Shown one piece after another: positions 1-7,949 of a stretch of DNA of 50,078 nt. How positions within the stretch are numbered: the first letter of the stretch is position 1; every line of letters begins with the position of its first letter. The position numbers and the translations under genes were made by a program. The notes beneath the pieces are model-generated. The model saw nothing but the letters and a program-made list of their open reading frames with translations. It was not told the DNA's origin and did no database searches. This DNA is from a phage. Location of the stretch: sequence record NC_107631.1; one strand, given 5' to 3'.

Positions 1-409
1 AATCAAATTTAAATGCACTTCCGCAGAAAAAATCACAGGATTCGAAGTTAATAATCTGTACAAAGGTCGTGAGCACGACGACGGCACTCGCGAAGTAAAG
101 TTAAAATGCGGTAAGTATTTAAAACTTGAAAAGCATGATGAATTACATATTCACGGATCTGATGAAATCTTCTTCGCGAAGTTCACTGAGTTGAAAACAA
201 AGACGCTCAAGTGCACCGGACTTGACCATCGCAACCCGATGAAAAAATCATTCAAGGTTGGAAAGCGTTACCAGGTAGAAAGCGGTCGCGCTCTCGGTGC
301 TGTGGCTGGTTACATCTTTGATGAGGACGGTTGCCGCTGGACCTTATACAGATCCGATATTGGATTTGAGGTAGCTGACGGTACGAAGTTTGAAGGACTT
401 TACTCATGA
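1..409 (+). CDS. hypothetical protein, 5'-truncated at window edge
   Basis: Frame is open from position 2 to the stop at 407-409; internal repeats of K-x-K-C-T / F-E-V type; overlaps the next start (ATGA). Confidence 0.5.
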   Translation, partial: IKFKCTSAEKITGFEVNNLYKGREHDDGTREVKLKCGKYLKLEKHDELHIHGSDEIFFAKFTELKTKTLKCTGLDHRNPMKKSFKVGKRYQVESGRALGAVAGYIFDEDGCRWTLYRSDIGFEVADGTKFEGLYS

Positions 410-891
410 TAAATATAAGAGATGATTTTTTATATGTTGATGGAATTATTTATTATAAGAGTAACACTAGATTTAAAAACCTTGCTGGGAGAGAGGCTGG
501 AAAGTTAGATAGGCTGGGTTACTGTAGGTTTTATGATGGGTTTAGGATGGTTTATAGACATAGATATGTATGGACTATTTTTAACGGCCAGATACCTGAA
601 GGTATGGAAATAGACCACATAAACCATATACCAGGTGATGATAGAATTGAAAATTTAAGACTTGTAACTAGAGAAGGGAACACAACAAATAGAAGTCTAA
701 ATAAAAATAACACATCTGGCATGAATTGCATATACCCTATGAAATCAGGCTCTTACAGGGTAAGAGTTAGATTTAGGGGTAAGACTTACGGAAGGTGCGT
801 TGACACTGTTAGTGAGGCTATAGATTTAAGAGATTCAATACTCATTGATCTTGGTTTTCATGAGAATCACGGATCGAATAGCATTTTTTGA
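406..891 (+). CDS. HNH homing endonuclease (HNH plus AP2-like domain)
   Basis: IDHINHIPGDDRIENLRLVTREGN motif; tail resembles AP2 domain (YRVRVRFRGKTYGRCVDTVSEA); visibly AT-rich codon usage versus neighbours. Confidence 0.8.
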   Translation: MINIRDDFLYVDGIIYYKSNTRFKNLAGREAGKLDRLGYCRFYDGFRMVYRHRYVWTIFNGQIPEGMEIDHINHIPGDDRIENLRLVTREGNTTNRSLNKNNTSGMNCIYPMKSGSYRVRVRFRGKTYGRCVDTVSEAIDLRDSILIDLGFHENHGSNSIF

Positions 892-950
892 AAAACGCGT
901 GTACCATTGGCGGTGTATCATTTACACCGTCAACTAAGGAGTTTATTGTG

Positions 951-2519
951 ATGTTTAATATTAAGCCAAAACTGAATTACCAACAGATTATTGAGATCGC
1001 AAATAGCACTGGAGTTAATCCGGTGGCGATCGCAATTCGTGAAAACAGTTATGGGGATTCAGTTTCTTTTTGGCAAGATCCGATCGATATCAACAGCGGA
1101 AACGATAAGTTCCCTCTGATTTCGTTAGGTGGCGATAACCTGGTATTCGAATATGCAAAAGCAAAAGCTGAATCAGTCCAGTTCCCGGTTTCATCCGCGT
1201 ATGCTCATTTTATCGGTTGCATCTCAGCCGCGATGCTCGGGAAGTTTTGGGTGCAATATCATGGAGAAGAACAGCCGACAGCACTTTACATGGTAATCAG
1301 TCAGCCACCATCAACAGGTAAATCAGCGATTAACTCAGCGGCGATTACACCTATGCGTGCGGAGATTCAGCGACTGAATGAAGAGCGCAAAAAGGAACGT
1401 ATCCGTTTAACAAGTCAGCTACGTCAGGTCGAGAAGGAAATTAAAAACGATCCGAAGGGTAACACGACGGCGGCGCTGTACGAAGACAAGGAAAAACTGG
1501 AAGAAAAGATCAAGAAGATGGCTGATATTGTTTTTGCGGTATCAGATCCTACACCTGAAGGTCTTGCGAAGGTGGCGGCTGTTCAAGGTCACTTCTCCGT
1601 AATCTCTGATGAGGCAACAGCAATAAATACATTGCTGGGACTGACCTATGGCGGTTCTGATAAGAAATCAAACAGCGAGCTTATCCTTAAGGCGTGGGAT
1701 AAAAACCATATGGAGGTCGCGCGTTCAAATCAGGACAACAACTTATCTCTTTGCCCGGTCGGTTCGATCTGCGTCATTGCGCAGGATGAAACAATCAAGG
1801 GCATAATGGACGCAGGCCAGCGAGGTATCGGTGTATCTGAGCGTTTCCTATTGGTTCGCGAGGAACCGCTTTTAGGTACTCGTATTCTTTGCGATGAAAA
1901 TGGTGATGCGCTGTATAAGGAAGTCGATCGAGGGTTGGTGAGTAAATATTATCGACTCGTGCACAACATTATGAAAGAGGACAGCGTTGTTCTCTCTGTA
2001 AGCCGTAATGCTATGCGTGAATTGAACCTTGCGCGTCAGGCGATGGAGCCGGATTTCGCCGCAGGGGGTAAATACTCTCACTCAATGCTACGCGGTCATC
2101 TCGGCAAGTTCGATAAGCACGCCTTGCGTATTGCTTCAGTTCTCCACACAATCAAGAATTGGGAGGGTGAATCACCGAACCGTTCCAATCGTGAGATAGA
2201 TCTTGAAACAATGCAGGAAGCAATCATGATTTTTAATGAGCTTTCCAGAACTTATCTGTCGTCTGCCAGCGCCGCCGGGTATGCTGGTGATGAGGCTGAA
2301 TCTCGTAAGCTGATTGATGTTATCACTGAGATCGCAAAGAAGAACAAAGGTCGCGCACCTATTCATAGCATTGTTGCAAAGTGCCGTAACGTTACGCCGT
2401 TCAACGGTCAACAGAAAGTAGCTGAGCGAATCGACAGCCTGCTGATCACGCTCGAAGAGATGAACTACACTTGCCGCATTGATGATATTGTTTTCATCAA
2501 TCCTCGACTGATGGGTTAA
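951..2519 (+). CDS. putative replication-associated P-loop NTPase (DnaB-like Walker A)
   Basis: Start moved to Met22 of the track ORF, preceded by AAGGAG; ISQPPSTGKSAINSA resembles the DnaB RPSMGKTA Walker A; function is inferred only. Confidence 0.5.
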   Translation: MFNIKPKLNYQQIIEIANSTGVNPVAIAIRENSYGDSVSFWQDPIDINSGNDKFPLISLGGDNLVFEYAKAKAESVQFPVSSAYAHFIGCISAAMLGKFWVQYHGEEQPTALYMVISQPPSTGKSAINSAAITPMRAEIQRLNEERKKERIRLTSQLRQVEKEIKNDPKGNTTAALYEDKEKLEEKIKKMADIVFAVSDPTPEGLAKVAAVQGHFSVISDEATAINTLLGLTYGGSDKKSNSELILKAWDKNHMEVARSNQDNNLSLCPVGSICVIAQDETIKGIMDAGQRGIGVSERFLLVREEPLLGTRILCDENGDALYKEVDRGLVSKYYRLVHNIMKEDSVVLSVSRNAMRELNLARQAMEPDFAAGGKYSHSMLRGHLGKFDKHALRIASVLHTIKNWEGESPNRSNREIDLETMQEAIMIFNELSRTYLSSASAAGYAGDEAESRKLIDVITEIAKKNKGRAPIHSIVAKCRNVTPFNGQQKVAERIDSLLITLEEMNYTCRIDDIVFINPRLMG

Positions 2520-2523
2520 TGAT

Positions 2524-2931
2524 ATGCTTCTTCTTTTAGATCTGTTCAGGTTCTGCGAAGGTTACGACAAATACACTCGACAGCACATAGCGAAATTTAT
2601 ATACGCCCACAAGGAAAGTGAGCGATTTGCTAAGGCCGCTGGAATGACTCACCGTGAATTTACAAGTGCGCTATCTAAGGAGTTTTGCGCACGTTGCGTG
2701 ACTGAGGGTTATCTTGATTGCAAGGATGGGTTTTACTGGTGCAAGGGAAAGATTAAGCGCCCTGTAATGATGAAGCTGATGTGTATTGATGGCTACAACA
2801 ATCGGTATACGTGGGAAATGATGCACATTGGAGAGATGAGTGATGAAGATTTGTTTGGCGAACGTAGAAACATTGATAGATCGGAACGTCGAATTGTGCG
2901 CAAGGCTCCAGCTTACGAAAGAAGAATTTGA
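2524..2931 (+). CDS. hypothetical protein (Cys-rich, basic C-terminus)
   Basis: 135-aa ORF directly after the previous gene on the same strand; no recognisable motif. Confidence 0.5.
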   Translation: MLLLLDLFRFCEGYDKYTRQHIAKFIYAHKESERFAKAAGMTHREFTSALSKEFCARCVTEGYLDCKDGFYWCKGKIKRPVMMKLMCIDGYNNRYTWEMMHIGEMSDEDLFGERRNIDRSERRIVRKAPAYERRI

Positions 2932-3043
2932 GCAAGGGTTGTTGAGTCTGTTACTCACTTCAATGAGGGCCAGTAACGAAAGCGAGCATAATCTTTGCGA
3001 CCAGGAGGGGGAGTTACTCATTCACGTAAAAAGGTACAAATAA
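2843..3043 (+). CDS. hypothetical small protein, possible overlapping gene
   Basis: ATG 8 nt after GGAGAG; ends just before the bidirectional terminator; overlaps the 3' end of 2524..2931 in another frame, so one of the two may be spurious. Confidence 0.3.
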   Translation: MKICLANVETLIDRNVELCARLQLTKEEFEQGLLSLLLTSMRASNESEHNLCDQEGELLIHVKRYK

Positions 3044-3070
3044 GAAAGGAGGCTAAGCCTCCTTTTTTTC
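3044..3070. terminator. bidirectional intrinsic terminator between convergent genes
   Basis: AGGAGGC-taa-GCCTCCT hairpin flanked by an A-run on one side and T7 on the other. Confidence 0.7.
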
Positions 3071-3457
3071 GTCCTTGCGAAGTGAAAAATAAACCAGCAA
3101 CAGACCAATGAAAACGAGAGGCCAGCCAGCGATAGCGTCGTACCAGTTCCCAGGTTTTGTCACAGTGATTCTTTCAGCGTTAACCGTGTTGGCCTGAATG
3201 GTTGACACTTCAATTGACTTCTTCACGGAAGAGTCAACCTTTCCTACATTGGACTTTTCAACTTTAACATCTCGCTTATCTTCTGATTTTGCGGTTACTC
3301 CTGCTAATTGCTTTGTGTTCTCCTCTCCAATCTGTGCTGTAACTTCAGGTTTAGATCCGATTAAACCGCTCAGGGCAGATGCCATTGAGCAACCTGATAG
3401 AGAAATGACACCAACAGCCACTACAATCGCAATGCATGTTTTCTTCAGTTTCATCAT
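3053..3457 (-). CDS. unimolecular spanin (u-spanin), T1 gp11-like
   Basis: N-terminal lipoprotein signal with lipobox LSGC plus C-terminal transmembrane helix ([13 protein letters not shown]); sits directly after the endolysin gene. Confidence 0.7.
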   Translation of the reverse strand: MMKLKKTCIAIVVAVGVISLSGCSMASALSGLIGSKPEVTAQIGEENTKQLAGVTAKSEDKRDVKVEKSNVGKVDSSVKKSIEVSTIQANTVNAERITVTKPGNWYDAIAGWPLVFIGLLLVYFSLRKDEKKEA

Positions 3458-3942
3458 AATTCCTTAACGCAATACGCGTATTCTTCAGCGCGTCGGTTCT
3501 TGAGTCCTCTAGACACTTCGCGCTTTTTGGTTTTTGGGTTGTAGTAGTATACCCATCGCCATAACTGATTGCACGCTTCCTTGTGCTTACTCTGATTTAT
3601 TAGCTTAAGCATTGTAGAAGATCCGAATGCGCCAGTACCAACGTTGAAAGTAAAACTGTACAGTGACGCGCGCATCGTTACCGGAATGTCAACCTTAACC
3701 TTCTTGTCAACGTATCGCTGAGCGACGCCGATATGTTTTATCAGCAATGCATCGCATTCTCGCTTAGTGTATTTCTTACCAGGTATGACGTCAGGCCCGG
3801 TTATTCCGCTGCATACGGTAGGGACTCCGGCGATATCGTAATAAACCTCGTATTCTATACCTTCGATCCGTTCCAGTAGGGTGGGTGTCAACGTCAAAGC
3901 GGCCCCGATGGATGCGCCTATAACGTTATTTTTTAAACTCAT
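3454..3942 (-). CDS. SAR endolysin (GH24 lysozyme, P21 R21-like)
   Basis: Gly/Ala-rich N-terminal SAR segment; [14 protein letters not shown] matches the E-D-T catalytic region of P21-type lysozymes (LEG..YKDIVGVWTVC); GGGGAG RBS. Confidence 0.85.
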   Translation of the reverse strand: MSLKNNVIGASIGAALTLTPTLLERIEGIEYEVYYDIAGVPTVCSGITGPDVIPGKKYTKRECDALLIKHIGVAQRYVDKKVKVDIPVTMRASLYSFTFNVGTGAFGSSTMLKLINQSKHKEACNQLWRWVYYYNPKTKKREVSRGLKNRRAEEYAYCVKEL

Positions 3943-4157
3943 TATCTCCCCCTAATCTTAAGCGCCTTATTTAGATCGCCATCGTTTAACGCTTCCTGAA
4001 TAGCCTTACTATCGCGATACTTCCAGTACGCTCCCCATGCACCAAAAAGCAGAAAGCAAATAAATGTAGCGCCAGCAATATAAAGCTGCCCTGTCGCCGC
4101 CCCTACCAACGAAGCACCGCCCGTGCTTGACGTAGCTGCTGTTAAAAATTCTTTCAT
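3942..4157 (-). CDS. holin (small, pinholin-like)
   Basis: Start moved to Met22 (ATG) because the track start is TTG; Gly-rich transmembrane segment; stop overlaps endolysin start (TAATG). Confidence 0.6.
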   Translation of the reverse strand: MKEFLTAATSSTGGASLVGAATGQLYIAGATFICFLLFGAWGAYWKYRDSKAIQEALNDGDLNKALKIRGR

Positions 4158-4191
4158 AATCTCACCATATATTTTTTGAACAAGTGAATCG

Positions 4192-4220
4192 ATTTTAACC
4201 TTCAAATTTACTTGATACAA
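4192..4220 (-). promoter_or_regulatory. sigma70-type promoter for the lysis cassette
   Basis: On minus strand TTGTAT-N17-TAAAAT immediately upstream of the holin. Confidence 0.4.
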
Positions 4221-4275
4221 CGCAAAAAGGCCAGCATGTAAATCATGCCAGCCTGTAAGGTGATGAATGATATTG

Positions 4276-4452
4276 TTAATCTATCGCAATAAATTCCAGA
4301 TAGCTACCGTTCAGAGGCGCTTGGATTGCTGAACATCGCCCGTCGTAAATCTCAAATAATCCCCCACCGAAATCATAACCAACACTATAGATCTGATTTA
4401 CGCGGAATGGAAGTGTTTGGGAGTCATTTCGGATGCACTTAACTAGCTTCAT
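4276..4452 (-). CDS. hypothetical small protein (about 58 aa), not in ORF track
   Basis: ATG 7 nt after AGAGG; served by a dyad-motif promoter; coordinates approximate. Confidence 0.4.
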   Translation of the reverse strand: MKLVKCIRNDSQTLPFRVNQIYSVGYDFGGGLFEIYDGRCSAIQAPLNGSYLEFIAID

Positions 4453-4481
4453 GATATAGCCTCTTTGTTTTCGATGTGGTT

Positions 4482-4525
4482 ACTATGCCCGAATCCATTC
4501 GGGCGTTTTTATCAATTAGTGCGAT
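4482..4525 (-). promoter_or_regulatory. dyad-motif middle promoter (degenerate site)
   Basis: TCGCAC-TAA-TTGATAA on minus strand; CATAGT hexamer 28 nt downstream, inside inverted repeat GCCCGAATGGATTCGGGC. Confidence 0.45.
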
Positions 4526-5667
4526 CCTGTCATTTCTGGACGATAGATGAAGCGACCTATTTCCCCAAACTGCTTATCGTAAACAATTACAGCCGCCTGG
4601 CGATATGAGCGCCACCCTCCGCGCGCTGCGTATGCGTCTTTCGCGCCTAACTGACCGTGCACTTCATCAATACCTAACGAGTGTTCAGTGATTGTCTGAT
4701 GATGCCAGTGACCGCTATGAGTATACACATACTTACTCTCTCCGAAGTCTGCACGGAAGTCTGCCGCCATCGCTGCAAGTCGCGTGTCTGCCTTTTTCAT
4801 AGTGTGCCCGTGAGTGTATCCCAATAAGGTGTTTCCCCAGCGAGTCTTATGCAGAATCATAGGACTAACGTCAACGAATACTCGCGGCTCGTCTTCATAA
4901 TATGCAGACATTGCAGCTCGCAGCCAAATCATCCCAGACTGATCGTGGTTCCCTTCGATAACCTGGACCTCGACTTCTTTGTGTTTCATAAGCATTTTGT
5001 CGATGGCGCGACGCACCGAACGAATCGCTACATGCACCAATTTCGCATATCGTGAATCCTGATCTAGAACGTGACCACTTGCCGGGGTAACAGCGTCAAG
5101 GCCGTCAGAGTGAAGGAAGTCGCCGCCGATTAACAGAACAGCCTTCTCTGCGTTCGGCGCAATATCGATCGCGTAATTAAAGAAGTCGCTAAGCACTTTT
5201 TCCGCTACGTCGGTGGAATAGTTCTCACCGCATTCATGCTTATGAGCAAGCGCGCCAATATGAAGATCGAATACCGGATAGAGTGCCAGCTTACCCATCG
5301 CCGTAGTAAGCCCTTGTGAGGTTAGTAGTTCAGTTGGCTTTGCTCGAGGCAGGTCTTCACAGAATGCAATACGCGCCGCTTCCATCATTGCCGCAATCTT
5401 CTCACGGTCCTGATCGGTCTTAACCCAGCGAACTACCTCGGTCCCATCTCCGCGAATCATCGTTGATGTACCTTTTACCATGAATCCTTCCGGCACGTTT
5501 TTAGCAACATGCTCGTTACCGTGGAAGTGGCCTTCTTTTGCAAGTTTTGCGTGACGCGCCTCGACAGTGCGAATGTGCATACCGTACTTTTCCGCGATCT
5601 CGCGAAGTGTAAGTCCGTTCATGCGCTCTTCGACAAGTTGTTCGGTAGTGATTTTAGCTTGTGACAT
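4516..5667 (-). CDS. calcineurin-like metallophosphoesterase with N-terminal HTH domain
   Basis: N-terminal HTH-like segment (LTLREIAEKYGMHIRTV); phosphoesterase motifs DLH, GGDFLHSDG, GNHD, GHT. Confidence 0.7.
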   Translation of the reverse strand: MSQAKITTEQLVEERMNGLTLREIAEKYGMHIRTVEARHAKLAKEGHFHGNEHVAKNVPEGFMVKGTSTMIRGDGTEVVRWVKTDQDREKIAAMMEAARIAFCEDLPRAKPTELLTSQGLTTAMGKLALYPVFDLHIGALAHKHECGENYSTDVAEKVLSDFFNYAIDIAPNAEKAVLLIGGDFLHSDGLDAVTPASGHVLDQDSRYAKLVHVAIRSVRRAIDKMLMKHKEVEVQVIEGNHDQSGMIWLRAAMSAYYEDEPRVFVDVSPMILHKTRWGNTLLGYTHGHTMKKADTRLAAMAADFRADFGESKYVYTHSGHWHHQTITEHSLGIDEVHGQLGAKDAYAARGGWRSYRQAAVIVYDKQFGEIGRFIYRPEMTGSH

Positions 5668-5745
5668 ATTTTAATCCTTACATGATAATGAAATACATTA
5701 CAGAAAATGAAATTAGCGGTGTTAATACTACAGCAAAATAAAGTT

Positions 5746-6147
5746 TCATGCCACAGCCTTTAACCAGAATCCTAGATCCGAAGATTTAAACTCAACAAGT
5801 TTTCCGTCAACCTCAAGCATCATACTGTTTCGGCCTGGTGAGTAGTAACCTATATGCAACTCCTGCTCAATACCGATAGTGCAAAGCACATTAACAAAGT
5901 CAGGTGGCAACCAGTCAGAGAAAGGGATTTGCTTAACCTGTTTTTTCCCAATCCATATAGTCTGGTAGTCATCTGATCTAATGTTTAAGCCTGGAAGGCT
6001 TGTTGTTCTTTGCGTTTTTTCGTTCTCGCTCAATTCTCTTTCCTTCTTCACGATAAAACTCAAGTGATGGGGTGGCTGGCACTCTATGCATTTTTCTAGG
6101 CATATCTTCCATAAATGAAATCTTTCCGTTTGAGATAATGCTAACAT
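5746..6147 (-). CDS. hypothetical ORF, doubtful
   Basis: Overlaps 5978..6250 by about 170 nt in another frame; poor RBS; kept only as a possibility. Confidence 0.2.
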   Translation of the reverse strand: MLALSQTERFHLWKICLEKCIECQPPHHLSFIVKKERELSENEKTQRTTSLPGLNIRSDDYQTIWIGKKQVKQIPFSDWLPPDFVNVLCTIGIEQELHIGYYSPGRNSMMLEVDGKLVEFKSSDLGFWLKAVA

Positions 6148-6250
6148 CCTTTATATCGAAATATTTTGCTATTAGTGCTATATCGTCTGAGATTCCGCAT
6201 TCCTTCGCGTGCTCCCACACTTCGCGCTTACCTTGTTTTTTTATCAGCAT
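5978..6250 (-). CDS. hypothetical protein
   Basis: ATG preceded by GGAGA at about 9 nt; basic C-terminus. Confidence 0.4.
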   Translation of the reverse strand: MLIKKQGKREVWEHAKECGISDDIALIAKYFDIKDVSIISNGKISFMEDMPRKMHRVPATPSLEFYREEGKRIERERKNAKNNKPSRLKH

Positions 6251-6437
6251 TGGTTAGTTTCTCCACGTCAGAGATGAAGCCTTCGACTTCTTCAACTGAG
6301 CAACGGTAATAAGACATTTTAAGGAAGTTCATAGCAATATCCCAATCGAAGTTGCCGCCTTGCTTGTTCGTAATGTGAACAGCCATTTTTGCGGACTGTT
6401 GAGCGATATTGAAAAAGTTTGCGTTAATGCGTGCCAT
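6228..6437 (-). CDS. hypothetical protein
   Basis: Start moved to Met6, preceded by GAGGAATCAG, the conserved RBS context seen at other genes. Confidence 0.5.
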   Translation of the reverse strand: MARINANFFNIAQQSAKMAVHITNKQGGNFDWDIAMNFLKMSYYRCSVEEVEGFISDVEKLTNADKKTR

Positions 6438-6469
6438 CTTCTGATTCCTCATTTCGTTTCGATGAAATA

Positions 6470-6513
6470 ACTATACCCGACTTTCGCCGGGTAGTTTTAG
6501 CAATTAGTGCTGA
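6470..6513 (-). promoter_or_regulatory. dyad-motif middle promoter
   Basis: CAGCAC-TAA-TTGCTAA then TATAGT 28 nt downstream inside inverted repeat ACCCGGCGAAAGTCGGGT. Confidence 0.5.
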
Positions 6514-6755
6514 ACGATCGTATCAGTTTTAAGTTCCTCTACGTCTTTCTGTATGATTGAAGGCCAATTCTCTATGTATTCATTTTTTATCTCATCGAAA
6601 GACATATCAAGAGAACTAGTGAACTCCCATAGATCGCAACCAATAACATCCTGAGTCAATCCGTTTTGCTCCATAATTTCGCAGCACGTAGCGCGATAAA
6701 GAAGCCATAAACCTTGCTCAGTTAATTTAACAGGAACCATTTTTTCGCTCATCAT
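6504..6755 (-). CDS. hypothetical protein
   Basis: 83-aa ORF overlapping the dam stop/start region; acidic. Confidence 0.5.
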   Translation of the reverse strand: MMSEKMVPVKLTEQGLWLLYRATCCEIMEQNGLTQDVIGCDLWEFTSSLDMSFDEIKNEYIENWPSIIQKDVEELKTDTIVQH

Positions 6756-7465
6756 ACTTTCCTCACCTTTGCTCGTTTGTTTTTAACCGAAGGGCAAATG
6801 CTTGTGATTGGGATATAGTGAGTCTGTTGCACCTCACCTTCTTTAAGTTCGCGCATAATAAAAATTACCGAACCTTTGTTATTGCCGTCTACTGCCTTTC
6901 CAGTTTCACCGGATATGAAAGCCAGGCGACCGGATCGAGCATACTCGTTGCCGTCAATATCTTCTGTCAAGTCAGCCTCAATCCAGATGATTTCAGCCGC
7001 GTGCTGTCGCGCCTCAGTAAACCACGCCGTAGAGTTATCTGTAGGTAAAAGCATATCGATCTGGTTGTTGTGCTCCATTTGCTCAATCGCCTTCTTGACG
7101 AATATATCAGGTCGACTGTAAGGAGGATTTAACCAAACGTGCTTATTCTTTCCCCACCAACGTTTTAAGCAGTTTGTTTCCTGAGAGTAAAACTTCTCGC
7201 AAACTTTATTTTCTTCGCTTGCCGCAGCGTCCAGATCATATTTTCCGTAACGCCCCTCAAGGTATGCGATAACCTCGCGTGGGGTTGACCATAAATCACG
7301 AACAGCGTCAGGCGTATTGGTCCCCTTGTATCTACGTCCTGAAATCTCTTTGCAGGTTGGCGTTTTCAATGCTTGATAATAACCGCCTGATGCTATTGCT
7401 TCGCGAGTGAATGAGCAACCAGTTTCTGCAAAGTCGATAGTTTTGATATCATTAAAGTCTTTCAT
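6752..7465 (-). CDS. dam: DNA N6-adenine methyltransferase (phage Dam type)
   Basis: Catalytic NPPY motif (WLNPPYS); size and context typical of phage Dam-like MTases. Confidence 0.8.
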   Translation of the reverse strand: MKDFNDIKTIDFAETGCSFTREAIASGGYYQALKTPTCKEISGRRYKGTNTPDAVRDLWSTPREVIAYLEGRYGKYDLDAAASEENKVCEKFYSQETNCLKRWWGKNKHVWLNPPYSRPDIFVKKAIEQMEHNNQIDMLLPTDNSTAWFTEARQHAAEIIWIEADLTEDIDGNEYARSGRLAFISGETGKAVDGNNKGSVIFIMRELKEGEVQQTHYIPITSICPSVKNKRAKVRKV

Positions 7466-7492
7466 TTTTATTCCTCTAGTTTTGGTGAGATA

Positions 7493-7536
7493 ATAATGCC
7501 AGATTCCATCCCGGCAGTTTTAACAAGAAGTGCTAT
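7493..7536 (-). promoter_or_regulatory. dyad-motif middle promoter upstream of dam
   Basis: ATAGCAC-TTC-TTGTTAA then CATTAT/TATTAT 28 nt downstream. Confidence 0.5.
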
Positions 7537-7949
7537 TTCATCATTTCGTAAATTGCGATCTTGAATTGCCCGAATCCGTATGCGACGGCAGAGAAGCCGC
7601 CACGCTCCCGGACCTTTTGGAGAAATTCCCTTTGCTTGTCGCTGACTGGTGACGCCTTTCCTTTTCCTGACTTATTAACCCGCTTAAGTTCGATTGCTGC
7701 AAACGGGTATCGTGAGTTAACACCAATCAGGATAACAAAGTCTGACACTCCTTTAAGTAATCCGGCCTGCTCATCCCTGAGCGCCGATGTGATTGTTTTT
7801 TCACCTTCATTGACAGTGTGCCAAAATAGAAGGTGCGGGAAGTTGTATTTCAGCCAGGACACGCAATCTACCTGGTGCGCGTCCTCTTTCCGTGTATCGC
7901 TGGGATCTCTCTCGTAAAATTCTAAATAATCACCTTTGTCTGTAATCAT
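7533..7949 (-). CDS. VRR-NUC domain nuclease
   Basis: PD-(D/E)XK-like core (GVSDFVIL..ELK); sits immediately downstream of the helicase, a common pairing; GGAGGA RBS. Confidence 0.65.
   Translation of the reverse strand: MITDKGDYLEFYERDPSDTRKEDAHQVDCVSWLKYNFPHLLFWHTVNEGEKTITSALRDEQAGLLKGVSDFVILIGVNSRYPFAAIELKRVNKSGKGKASPVSDKQREFLQKVRERGGFSAVAYGFGQFKIAIYEMMK

Noticed and set aside
4226-4258. Intrinsic terminator between the small gene at 4276..4452 and the holin.
   Set aside because: On closer reading the two arms (GGCCAGCATG and ATGCCAGCC) are not complementary beyond about 3 bp.
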